Positions 48,955 through 57,736 of a stretch of DNA of 64,000 nt are shown piece after piece (position 1 is the first letter of the stretch; the number at the start of each line of letters is the position of its first letter). The notes beneath the pieces were generated by a model, which was not told the origin of the DNA, searched no databases, and saw only the letters and a list, made by a program, of their open reading frames with translations. This DNA is from Hyphomicrobium sp. (GTDB taxonomy: Bacteria > Pseudomonadota > Alphaproteobacteria > Rhizobiales > Hyphomicrobiaceae): NCBI GenBank assembly GCA_031402935.1, contig JANNSR010000076.1, forward strand, positions 665 to 64,664, read 5' to 3'. The position numbers and the translations under genes were made by a program.

Positions 48955-49337
48955 GGATCGCCACGGCTCGCTTGAAGTTCGATTCGGTCCGTTACAGCTT
49001 TGAGTGGGCAAAATTGCAACGCAATGTGGCCATCCGGTCTTTCACCAGGATTCTCAGGCCGCACTGTGGGTAAGAGCTAAAATGCCAAGCTGTTCTGCGC
49101 CCGCGTCTCGGCCACAGCCACCACAGATTGCAATTGATGTAAGAGGTCATCGCAAAGATCGCCGCCGTCCACGTTCCAGCCAGCACTCCGCCGCAAATAC
49201 GCCCTTGACGCGCCCGATGCCGACCCGAATCGGAGCGCTGTTTAGGTCTCGTTAGCCGAATCGGCGTGCTATCGTGTCACCGGACACTTGCATGATTGCC
49301 CGGAACAATTGGCGTCACGTGAGAGGGAAGCTACCTG

Positions 49338-50093
49338 ATGTATATGGGTCGTGTCGGTACGAGCGTAGAAAGTGAACTGCTGCGTGAGCTCGAAGGCGCA
49401 CGCGTCCTGATTTGCGGTCTGACGGCATCGGCAGGCGTCGATCTTGCCCGGGCCTTTGCTGAGGTTAAGGCACGGCTCATCATCCATACCACCGACTTGT
49501 CGCCGGAAGTGACGGAGCTGATCGCCCACCTTTCACAAACGGCCAGCGAGATCAAAGTTTACACAGATCCCATTACGACTGCGGATGCTGCGGTCAACTT
49601 TGCCAGAACGGCATCGCAGGCGTTCGGCGGCTTGGACGCAGTGATCAATATTGCAACAATTACGTCTGGCGGCATGGCCGGTGTCGTCAGCGAGCTGGAC
49701 GTCGAAACCCTCGTCAGTAAAACGCTGTCGCCGATGGCGCAGCTGACGCGCGTGACCGCAAACCGCATGCGCGTCGTTCTGAGTGAGGGCATGATCCTCA
49801 ACGTTCTAACCATGCCGCAGGCCTGCAACGGCCGCCACCAAGCGATCGCAGGAATCGCGAGAGCCACACTCGCTGCTATGACCAGTAACGAAGCAAAGTC
49901 GTGGGCTGATCAGGCGATCAGGATCAATGCCGTTGGTCCGCGTGTCTTCGAAACCGGCAACGCGCCGTCCGGCGCCTGCCTGACGAGTGAACCGGATATC
50001 GCCGCACTGGCGATCTACCTAGCCTCGCGGCGCGGCAAGACGCTCTCGGGCCATATCTTTGATGCCGAAGGCGTCGCCGCACGCGGCTGTTGA
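49338..50093 (+). CDS. SDR-fold protein with degenerate cofactor and catalytic motifs
   Basis: The overall layout is SDR-like (RVLICGLTASAGVDLARAF..., DAVINIAT, IRINAVGP), but I see no TGxxxGxG and no YxxxK. Confidence 0.55.
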   Translation: MYMGRVGTSVESELLRELEGARVLICGLTASAGVDLARAFAEVKARLIIHTTDLSPEVTELIAHLSQTASEIKVYTDPITTADAAVNFARTASQAFGGLDAVINIATITSGGMAGVVSELDVETLVSKTLSPMAQLTRVTANRMRVVLSEGMILNVLTMPQACNGRHQAIAGIARATLAAMTSNEAKSWADQAIRINAVGPRVFETGNAPSGACLTSEPDIAALAIYLASRRGKTLSGHIFDAEGVAARGC

Positions 50094-50182
50094 GACGCTG
50101 AACCCCTGGCGATGGCCAACCTCTGATCCTGATTCGGATCCCATTTTCATTTCTTAATCGTATATTGATCGTGAGAACGCGG

Positions 50183-50209
50183 AGCCCTGGCACAATCTGG
50201 GGCTTTTTT
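50183..50209 (+). terminator. weak intrinsic terminator after the SDR-like gene
   Basis: AGCCC(T)-N10-(G)GGGCT followed by T6 (50204-50209). Confidence 0.4.
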
Positions 50210-50342
50210 GAATTGTAATTGAAATCTTTCCGCAATCGTCAATTTGAACAGCTTTCGCGCGATGCGGTTAATGGCTCGGAAAACAAATGTCTCTAATTTG
50301 ACCCATAAGTTTGAATGACGACTTGTGGATGCAATAAAAGAA

Positions 50343-51623
50343 ATGAAAAGAAAAGCTCCTCATATCCTAGTTGCCGACGACGATCCGATCTATCGCGACG
50401 TCGCGACAGAAGCGCTTGAGCGTGCCGGGCACAAGGTTTCACAGGCCAACGATGGTGGAGAAGCCATGGCCATGCTCGCCGTACAGGGCTTCGATGCGGC
50501 GATTATCGACCTCAGCATGCCAGTCGCTGACGGCCTTCAAGTGATCGCTGCGCTGCGTGCAGCGGGTCCCAATATCCATATCCCAGTTATCGTGATTACC
50601 GGCCACGACGATGCTGTGGCGGTTGAGCGCGCTTATATTGCAGGCGCGACATCGTTTCTGACCAAGCCACTCAATTGGATCTTGTTCACGCCGCATGTTG
50701 AATTCGTGTTGCGGTCTGGCCGGGCGGAAACGGAATTGCGCGAAGCTAGTGCTGCAGCGGCATTTCTTAGTGACCTCAAAAGTCAAATGATGACCGCGCT
50801 GGCAAACGAATTTCAGGCGCCTATCAAATCAATCGCAAGTTTTTCTCAGCTCATTAACAAGGAAGTCTATGGCCCAATCGAGCCGGCAAGTTACCGCGAA
50901 CTGACGGCCGACATAGGAAAGTCTGCGCATCAGCTCAATGCCGCTCTGCTCAAGCTGATGGATTTCGGCCGTACGCTTACAGAGCAACTTTCGATCGACG
51001 AACAGCAGGTCAACGCCCGCGAAACGGTACTCGATGCGCTGGCGGCGCTTGAGATAAAGGCCGCGCGGCGCGAGATCACTCTGAAGTCCGAAGTCGAAGT
51101 GCCACAAGAACTCACCCTTGTAGCTGACCCGGCGCTACTCAGCCAAGCGCTGCGCAGTATGATCGACAATGCGATCCGTCTGTCCCCGCGTGGCGGCAAC
51201 GTCGAGCTTCGTGCCGCGATCGATGCCGACGGACAATTCAACGTTTGGATCAAAGACAATGGGCCGCCGGTGCCGGCAGGGCTGCTGGCTGAAATCAACG
51301 GTACTGTCGCAACCAACAAGGGATTTGCGGTCCAACCGGAGACCCGCGACGTCGGGATCAAGATTGCCAAGATTTTGGCAGAGGCGCACCAAGGTTCGAT
51401 GAACGTGCGGTGCGAGCCGAATGGCACGAACGTTGTGCGTCTTAATCTGCCGCGCGAGCGTACCGTCGCCAGGACTACAGTCGCCACCTCTGTCGCTAAG
51501 GCTGACCTCGTAGATCGGTACGCCGCGATTGGCGAAGCCCTGGCTCAAGACCCGCGCATCAGAACGGCTTCAGGGCCGCTTCCAACGAATTGGCCGGCGC
51601 CGGCAGGCAGAGTGCAATCATGA
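50343..51623 (+). CDS. response-regulator receiver fused to a histidine-kinase-like domain lacking the phosphoacceptor His
   Basis: The receiver domain looks intact (ADDD, IIDLSMP, VITGH, LTKP). The DHp H-box reads KSQMMTALANEFQAPI, against KSQFLANMSHEIRTPM in the neighbouring kinase, so His is replaced by Asn. The G1 and G2 boxes are degenerate. The start is ATG 50343 or GTG 50325. Confidence 0.7.
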   Translation: MKRKAPHILVADDDPIYRDVATEALERAGHKVSQANDGGEAMAMLAVQGFDAAIIDLSMPVADGLQVIAALRAAGPNIHIPVIVITGHDDAVAVERAYIAGATSFLTKPLNWILFTPHVEFVLRSGRAETELREASAAAAFLSDLKSQMMTALANEFQAPIKSIASFSQLINKEVYGPIEPASYRELTADIGKSAHQLNAALLKLMDFGRTLTEQLSIDEQQVNARETVLDALAALEIKAARREITLKSEVEVPQELTLVADPALLSQALRSMIDNAIRLSPRGGNVELRAAIDADGQFNVWIKDNGPPVPAGLLAEINGTVATNKGFAVQPETRDVGIKIAKILAEAHQGSMNVRCEPNGTNVVRLNLPRERTVARTTVATSVAKADLVDRYAAIGEALAQDPRIRTASGPLPTNWPAPAGRVQS

Positions 51624-54451
51624 CGTCTCAATTGCAAAGTGGTTCGCCCGCCGTGGCCCTGGCTGATCACCAGCCGGGCGCCGGCGACCTGCTGTCACTG
51701 AAAGTAAAACTGACCCAGCTGAAGGGTTTATTTGAACAGCTTCCCGTTGGTCTCGTCGTAACACTCTTGAATGGTGCGCTTCTCGCGTGGATCCTTTCCA
51801 GCGTTCTTGGCACAGCTCTGACGGCCGGCTGGTATTCAGCCCTTGTTGCCATTTGCGTCTTGCGAGCCATCTCATGTCTCTATTTTGCTAAAGTTGCCGA
51901 AGCCGACCTCGGGTATTCATTCTGGCGCAGAATTTTCGCGGCTGGCGCCCTGTCAACGGCAATTGTGTGGGGGCTGGCCGGCGTCATCCTGTTTCCCTCC
52001 GACAGCAACCAGCATCAGGCGTTTATCGGATTCGTGTTGGCGGGAATGGCCGCGGGTGCATCCAGTTCTATGGCCGCTCACGACAAGATATTTACAGCCT
52101 TTCTGGCCATCACTATCGCACCCTATATGGTGCGGCTGGCGGCTGTTGGAAGCCCGATCAGTCTTTCAATGTCTTTCATGTGCCTGGCATTCATTCTATC
52201 GCTGGCCATGTCGGTCCGGCGCAACGCCAAAGTCATGCGAGATGCCCTACGTCTCAAATTCGAGAACGCAAGCCTGCTGGACGAGCTGACCAACAAGGCA
52301 AGCGAACTCAAGGTGGCCAATGCGGCGCTGGTTTCCGAGAACGCTCAACGTCAGCAGACGGAGTCGGCACTTTTGCAAGCCAATGCCGACGCTGAGGCGG
52401 CGACGCGAGCCAAATCGCAGTTCCTAGCCAACATGAGCCATGAAATCCGCACCCCCATGAATGGCGTGTTCGGCATGACCGATTTGCTGATGCGAACCAA
52501 TCTCGATGCGAGACAGACAAAACTCGTCAAGACCATAAGTGACTCGGCAAAATCACTCCTAACAATCATCAATGACATTCTAGATCTGTCTCGCATTGAA
52601 TCTGGAAAACTGGAACTCGAACATCACGAGTTTAACTTTCGCGACATGATCGAACGTTCCGTGGATCTGTTTGCAGGCCAAGCTCATCGCAAGGGCATCG
52701 ACATCTCGCTCTTTATCGATCGCGAAACGCCAGCATTCGTCAAAGGCGATAGCGGCCGTCTGAAACAGGTCATCTTAAACCTGGTTGGCAATGCCTTGAA
52801 GTTCACAAAGCATGGCGAAATCGCCGTCCGTATCTCGTGCGTCGAGCGCGGCACTGAAGCGTCGCGGATTTCAATTGAAGTGCGCGATACCGGCATCGGT
52901 ATCGATCCGGCGATCTGCGACAAGCTTTTCAAGCCGTTCTCACAAGCCGAGACGTCAATCAGCCGCAGATTTGGCGGCACGGGACTGGGGCTTTCGATTT
53001 CACGTCACCTCGTAGAAATGATGGGCGGCTCGATCGCGCTCGACAGCGAACTAGGTAAGGGGACGCGTATCAGCATCATGCTGCCGCTGGAGCATGGGGT
53101 TGCCGCAGCCGCATTCACCGAAAGCGACTTCACGGTGCTTGAAGGCGCCCGCATTCTCGTCATCGACGACCGCGAGACAAATCGCGAGATCGTCACCAAC
53201 TATCTCGAAAGTTGCGGTTCAACCACGTCGCGAGCCGCGAGCACCGCAGAAGCTTGGCCCATGATCGCCGCGGCGGCGGCGACCGGCAAGCCTTTCCATG
53301 CCGCGGTCGTCGATATGATGATGCCCGACGAAAACGGCCTTGAATTCGCCAAGCGCATCCGAGCGCACGCTACATTCTCGCGCATGAAGATTATTATCGC
53401 GACATCCCTGAATTGGCAGGGTGATATTGCGAGTGTTCGCGACGCTGGTATCGAAGCCGTGTTGACGAAACCGATCCGCCGCAACGACTTGATTGATACC
53501 GTGGCGCGCGCCGTTTCCGGTACCCGTCATCCGGGCTGGCGCGGCGAGCACGAAGTCAGTAGCCCGGCGACGAGGCCGTCGACTGCAACGCCTTTGATCG
53601 ACAATCTCGGCGCCAATGTGCTTCTTGCGGAAGACAACCCTGTCAACGTCGAGGTCGCGAAAGAATTTCTTCAGGGACTGGGATGCCGGGTTTTCGTTGT
53701 TGAAAACGGCCTCGAAGCCGTCGCCGCAATGGCCAGCACGCGGTTCGACATTGTGCTCATGGACTGCCAGATGCCAGTGATGGACGGTCTATCAGCGACG
53801 CGGCGGATCCGCAGCGGCGAAGATGTGGCGGGCGCCCGGCGCACACCCATCATCGCTGTAACTGCCAATGCTTTCGCAGAAGATAGAGTCCGGTGTCTCG
53901 AAGCCGGTATGGATGACTACCTGAGCAAGCCCTACTCTGAGCGCAGTCTGTTCGACATGCTGGCGAAATGGCTGCGGCCCAGCGCCGTGCCTGACGAAGC
54001 TTCAGACAGCAGCACGAACAATCGAGCGCAAGTGGTCAACGCCAACGAAGCGCTGTCCGCTAACGACGCTGCGGACCTCGACCACGGCGTCCTTGACCCG
54101 CTACGAAAAGCCCGGCCTGATCTCTTTATCCGGCTCGTCTCGACGTATTTCACCTACGCACCCAAAGCCCTCGAAGACCTTGAGTTGGCCGCGGCAACAC
54201 AGGACTTTGACCGGCTGTCGGCACTTGCTCACAGCTTGAAGTCGTCAAGCGCGAACCTCGGTGCTTCGGCCATCGCGTCATACTGCCGGAAACTCGAACG
54301 CGTTGCGGCGGAGCGGCATAGTGGCGAAGCCAAAGCCCTGGTCGATGCCATCGTCAAGAGTTTCGCGCGTCTTCGCGACGAACTTCAACTTGACGCTCCC
54401 TCCGTGGGCGAAGTAGCGGACAACGCCGGAACATCCAAACGGGCCTCATAG
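51620..54451 (+). CDS. hybrid sensor histidine kinase: multi-TM sensor, HisKA, HATPase, two receivers, Hpt
   Basis: The domains read as MSHEIRTPMNG, NLVGNALKFT, DTGIGI, GGTGLGLSI, two receiver domains (VVDMMMP..TKP and VLMDCQMP..SKP) and a C-terminal Hpt (HSLKSSSANLGA). The ATG at 51620 overlaps the upstream stop (ATGA). Confidence 0.85.
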   Translation: MTSQLQSGSPAVALADHQPGAGDLLSLKVKLTQLKGLFEQLPVGLVVTLLNGALLAWILSSVLGTALTAGWYSALVAICVLRAISCLYFAKVAEADLGYSFWRRIFAAGALSTAIVWGLAGVILFPSDSNQHQAFIGFVLAGMAAGASSSMAAHDKIFTAFLAITIAPYMVRLAAVGSPISLSMSFMCLAFILSLAMSVRRNAKVMRDALRLKFENASLLDELTNKASELKVANAALVSENAQRQQTESALLQANADAEAATRAKSQFLANMSHEIRTPMNGVFGMTDLLMRTNLDARQTKLVKTISDSAKSLLTIINDILDLSRIESGKLELEHHEFNFRDMIERSVDLFAGQAHRKGIDISLFIDRETPAFVKGDSGRLKQVILNLVGNALKFTKHGEIAVRISCVERGTEASRISIEVRDTGIGIDPAICDKLFKPFSQAETSISRRFGGTGLGLSISRHLVEMMGGSIALDSELGKGTRISIMLPLEHGVAAAAFTESDFTVLEGARILVIDDRETNREIVTNYLESCGSTTSRAASTAEAWPMIAAAAATGKPFHAAVVDMMMPDENGLEFAKRIRAHATFSRMKIIIATSLNWQGDIASVRDAGIEAVLTKPIRRNDLIDTVARAVSGTRHPGWRGEHEVSSPATRPSTATPLIDNLGANVLLAEDNPVNVEVAKEFLQGLGCRVFVVENGLEAVAAMASTRFDIVLMDCQMPVMDGLSATRRIRSGEDVAGARRTPIIAVTANAFAEDRVRCLEAGMDDYLSKPYSERSLFDMLAKWLRPSAVPDEASDSSTNNRAQVVNANEALSANDAADLDHGVLDPLRKARPDLFIRLVSTYFTYAPKALEDLELAAATQDFDRLSALAHSLKSSSANLGASAIASYCRKLERVAAERHSGEAKALVDAIVKSFARLRDELQLDAPSVGEVADNAGTSKRAS

Positions 54452-54521
54452 GTGGCTATTTGCGTTTCTTGCGCGAAACGATGATGATCCCGGCTGCGTG
54501 AAACGCGGTCGAGGCAGCACA

Positions 54522-55427
54522 ATGGACATCCGGCAACTTCAGTATTTGGTTGCTCTCGCCCGCGAAAAGCATTTCACGCGCGCCGCCACGGCCTGCAATG
54601 TCACACAGCCCACACTTTCAGGGCGCATCCGCCAGCTTGAACTCGACCTTGGCGTGCCGATCGTCGAGCGCGGTCAGCGCTATCAGGGACTGACCCGCGA
54701 GGGCGAAAAGATCCTGAAATGGGCGCAGCTGATCCTAAGCAACTGGCAAGCGATGCAGCATGAGCTGGCACAGCTTGCGACCAGCGATTTCGGATTGACC
54801 GGGCGCCTCGTTCTCGGCGGTATTCCGTCGGCATTGCCGATGATCCCATTCCTGACCAAGCAGGTGCGCGAACTCCATCCGCACATCGATTTCGCCGTCA
54901 TGTCGATGAGCTCGGAAGAGATCCTTCGGGCGCTCGCCGACTATTCGATCGACGTCGGCATTACCTATCTCGACAACGAACCGATCGATGGCATGACGGC
55001 GACACCGCTGTATTGGGAGCGCTATTGTCTGTTCATTCCAGAAGGCCACGCCTTGTCTGGGCGGACGTCGATCACCTGGACCGAAGCAGCCAAGGAACCG
55101 CTAGGGCTGTTGACCAGCAACATGCAAAATCGGCGCATCATCGATCGGGCTTTTAAAACTGCGAACTGCGGTCCAAAGCCGGCACTTGAGACAAACTCGA
55201 TCATCAATCTGTGCTCGAACGTTCGGTTGATGGGCCTCGCTAGCATCATGCCGCACTACATCCTCGATATTCTAGGGCGCGACCCCGGTCTTGAGGCGAT
55301 CCCCCTGGTTGAGCCCGAGGTTGCTCACAGCGTCGGCATGGTCGCTGTCGATCGCGATCCTGTGGCCCCCCTCGTCCGGGCTTTCCGTGAGGCGGCCAAG
55401 ACCTTCTCGCCGAAATCCATGCCTTGA
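54522..55427 (+). CDS. LysR family transcriptional regulator upstream of the fds operon (FdsR-like by position)
   Basis: MDIRQLQYLVALAREKHFTRAATACNVTQPTLSGRIRQLE forms the wHTH, followed by a LysR effector domain. Confidence 0.8.
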   Translation: MDIRQLQYLVALAREKHFTRAATACNVTQPTLSGRIRQLELDLGVPIVERGQRYQGLTREGEKILKWAQLILSNWQAMQHELAQLATSDFGLTGRLVLGGIPSALPMIPFLTKQVRELHPHIDFAVMSMSSEEILRALADYSIDVGITYLDNEPIDGMTATPLYWERYCLFIPEGHALSGRTSITWTEAAKEPLGLLTSNMQNRRIIDRAFKTANCGPKPALETNSIINLCSNVRLMGLASIMPHYILDILGRDPGLEAIPLVEPEVAHSVGMVAVDRDPVAPLVRAFREAAKTFSPKSMP

Positions 55428-55486
55428 GCCGTAACGTAATTGCTAATACCAAAACCAAGGAGAGAGCCGCAGTTGGTGCATTGCAG

Positions 55487-55503
55487 CATAGATCTGGTCT
55501 ATG
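55487..55503. promoter_or_regulatory. candidate LysR box (T-N11-A dyad) upstream of fdsG
   Basis: CATAGA-TCTGG-TCTATG is a perfect 6-bp inverted repeat containing T-N11-A, about 120 bp upstream of the fdsG ATG. Confidence 0.3.
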
Positions 55504-55619
55504 TTAGGATCGGCAATACCGATTTGATTGCGGTCGGGTTTTGGAAGATTTTGAAACTGCGACAAGCCTGACCAAGTTGCAACTGCAAATACTTTCGGGC
55601 TGTCCAAGGAACCGGCAAC

Positions 55620-56144
55620 ATGGCGAAGACGAAAAACAAATCACACGGCCCCGAGCCGGTGAAGGCGCCTGCATCACCGTTCGAGGTAACGGCGCTCGCT
55701 GTTTGCGCCGCACACGGCAACAAGCCGGATGAGTTGATGGAGATTCTGCACGTTCTGCAGCATGATGTCGGCTACGTGCCAGAGGCGGCACTGCCGGTCA
55801 TTGCCAACGCGCTGAACCTGTCGCGCGCCGAGGTGCATGGCGTCGTGACGTTTTACCATGATTTCAAACGCGAACCGCAGGGCCGGCACACCATCAAGAT
55901 CTGCCGCGCCGAGGCTTGTCAGGCCATGGGCACCGATCACCTGTGCCGCCACGCAGTAACCAGCCTCAAGACGGAAATGGGCAGTACGTCAAAAGACGGC
56001 AAATACACCATCGAACAGGTTTTCTGTCTCGGCAATTGCGCTTTGTCGCCAGCGATCCTGATTGGTGATAAACTTTACGGCAAGGTAGATCCCAAGCGCT
56101 TCGATGAGATTGTAGCCGGTCTTGGTCAGGAGACCGCCGCATGA
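55620..56144 (+). CDS. fdsG: NAD-dependent formate dehydrogenase gamma subunit (NuoE-like, 2Fe-2S)
   Basis: The Cys pattern C-x4-C...C-x3-C (ICRAEACQAMG...CLGNCALSP) is NuoE/HoxF-like. It is the first gene of the operon. Confidence 0.85.
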   Translation: MAKTKNKSHGPEPVKAPASPFEVTALAVCAAHGNKPDELMEILHVLQHDVGYVPEAALPVIANALNLSRAEVHGVVTFYHDFKREPQGRHTIKICRAEACQAMGTDHLCRHAVTSLKTEMGSTSKDGKYTIEQVFCLGNCALSPAILIGDKLYGKVDPKRFDEIVAGLGQETAA

Positions 56145-57706
56145 TTACGGTTTACGTTCCGCGTGACGCTGCCGCCCTCTCCGTCGGAGCCGACGAGGTC
56201 GCAGCCGCCATTGCGCGTGAAGCCAAAGCGCAGAATAAGGACGTCAAAATCGTCCGCAACGGTTCGCGCGGCATGCTGTATCTTGAGCCGCTTGTCGAAG
56301 TTGCAACGCCGAAGGGCCGCGTTGCCTACGGGCCCGTCACCGCCAAAGACGTGCCGGACTTGTTCAAGGCCGGGTTTCTTGTCGGCGGTAAGCACAAACT
56401 CGGTCACGGGCTGACAGAAGAAATCCCTTACTTCAAAAAGCAAGAACGCCTGACGTTCGCGCGCTGCGGCATCACCGATCCGCTTTCAATTGACGATTAC
56501 CGCAAGCACGGCGGCTTCGAGGGCCTCTCCAACGCCCTTAACATGAAGCCAATCGATATCGTAACCGAGGTCACGACGTCGGGCCTGCGCGGCCGCGGCG
56601 GCGCCGGTTTCCCGACGGGGATCAAGTGGAAGACCGTCCACGACCTCAAGAATGAGCAAAAGTACGTCGCGTGTAACGCCGACGAAGGCGACAGCGGCAC
56701 CTTCGCCGACCGCATGCTGATGGAAGGCGATCCGTTCTGCCTGATCGAAGGCATGACGATCGCGGCGATAGCCGGCGGCGCCACCAAGGGTTACATTTAT
56801 ATCCGCTCGGAATATCCGCACGCCGTCAAGGTGATGCGCGATGCGATTGAGATCACTAAAAAAGCCAATTGGCTGGGCGACAAGATTCAAGGTTCCCAAT
56901 ATTCATTAGATCTGTATGTCCGCGTAGGCGCCGGCGCCTACATCTGCGGCGAAGAAACGTCTATGCTCGAGAGTATCGAGGGCAAGCGCGGCATCGTGCG
57001 CTACAAGCCGCCGATCCCGGCCATCGAAGGCCTCTTTGGCAAGCCGACGATCATCAACAACGTTATGAGCTTCGCAGCTGTGCCGATCATTCTGGCCAAG
57101 GGCGGTGAGTTCTACAAAAACTATGGCGTTGGCCGGTCACGCGGCACGCTGGCTTTCCAGATCGCCGGCAACATCAAGCAAGGTGGCCTAGTCGAGAAGG
57201 CGTTTGGCGTCACGTCGCGCCAGCTGATCGACGATTGGGGCGGCGGCACGGCAACGGGGCGTCCGGTGCGCGCAGTCCAGGTCGGCGGTCCGCTCGGCGC
57301 CTACCTGCCGCAATCCAAGCTCGATGTGCCGATGGATTACGAAGAATTTGTCAAAGTTGACGCCATGGTAGGCCACGGTGGTCTTGTCGTGTTCGATGAC
57401 AGTGTCGATATGGCTAAGCAGGCGCGGTTTGCGATGGAGTTTTGCGCCATCGAGAGCTGCGGTAAGTGCACACCGTGCCGCATCGGCGCGCAGCGCGGTG
57501 TCGAGGTGATCGACAAAATCGTCGCCGACGACAACCGCGCCAAAAACTTGGACTTGCTCGAAGACCTGTGTGTGACGATGACCGACGGCTCGCTGTGCGC
57601 AATGGGCGGCTTGACACCCATGCCCGTGATGAGCGCCGTCAAAGGTTTCCCTGAGGATTTTCAGCGCCAGGCCCCGATGAAAAAGATCGCCGAGGCCGCT
57701 GAGTAA
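56141..57706 (+). CDS. fdsB: NAD-dependent formate dehydrogenase beta subunit (NuoF-like, FMN/NAD/4Fe-4S)
   Basis: GLRGRGGAGFPTG, NADEGDSGTF and ESCGKCTPCR motifs are present. Confidence 0.9.
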   Translation: MITVYVPRDAAALSVGADEVAAAIAREAKAQNKDVKIVRNGSRGMLYLEPLVEVATPKGRVAYGPVTAKDVPDLFKAGFLVGGKHKLGHGLTEEIPYFKKQERLTFARCGITDPLSIDDYRKHGGFEGLSNALNMKPIDIVTEVTTSGLRGRGGAGFPTGIKWKTVHDLKNEQKYVACNADEGDSGTFADRMLMEGDPFCLIEGMTIAAIAGGATKGYIYIRSEYPHAVKVMRDAIEITKKANWLGDKIQGSQYSLDLYVRVGAGAYICGEETSMLESIEGKRGIVRYKPPIPAIEGLFGKPTIINNVMSFAAVPIILAKGGEFYKNYGVGRSRGTLAFQIAGNIKQGGLVEKAFGVTSRQLIDDWGGGTATGRPVRAVQVGGPLGAYLPQSKLDVPMDYEEFVKVDAMVGHGGLVVFDDSVDMAKQARFAMEFCAIESCGKCTPCRIGAQRGVEVIDKIVADDNRAKNLDLLEDLCVTMTDGSLCAMGGLTPMPVMSAVKGFPEDFQRQAPMKKIAEAAE

Positions 57707-57736
57707 CTTTTTGCCGACCCAACGAGGACGCTGCAA

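Noticed and set aside
50188-50204. A sigma-54-like TGGCAC motif upstream of the two-component operon.
   Set aside because: The downstream element reads TGGCAC-AATCT-GGGG rather than TGGCAC-N5-TTGC. The same bases fit better as the loop and stem of a weak terminator followed by T6.
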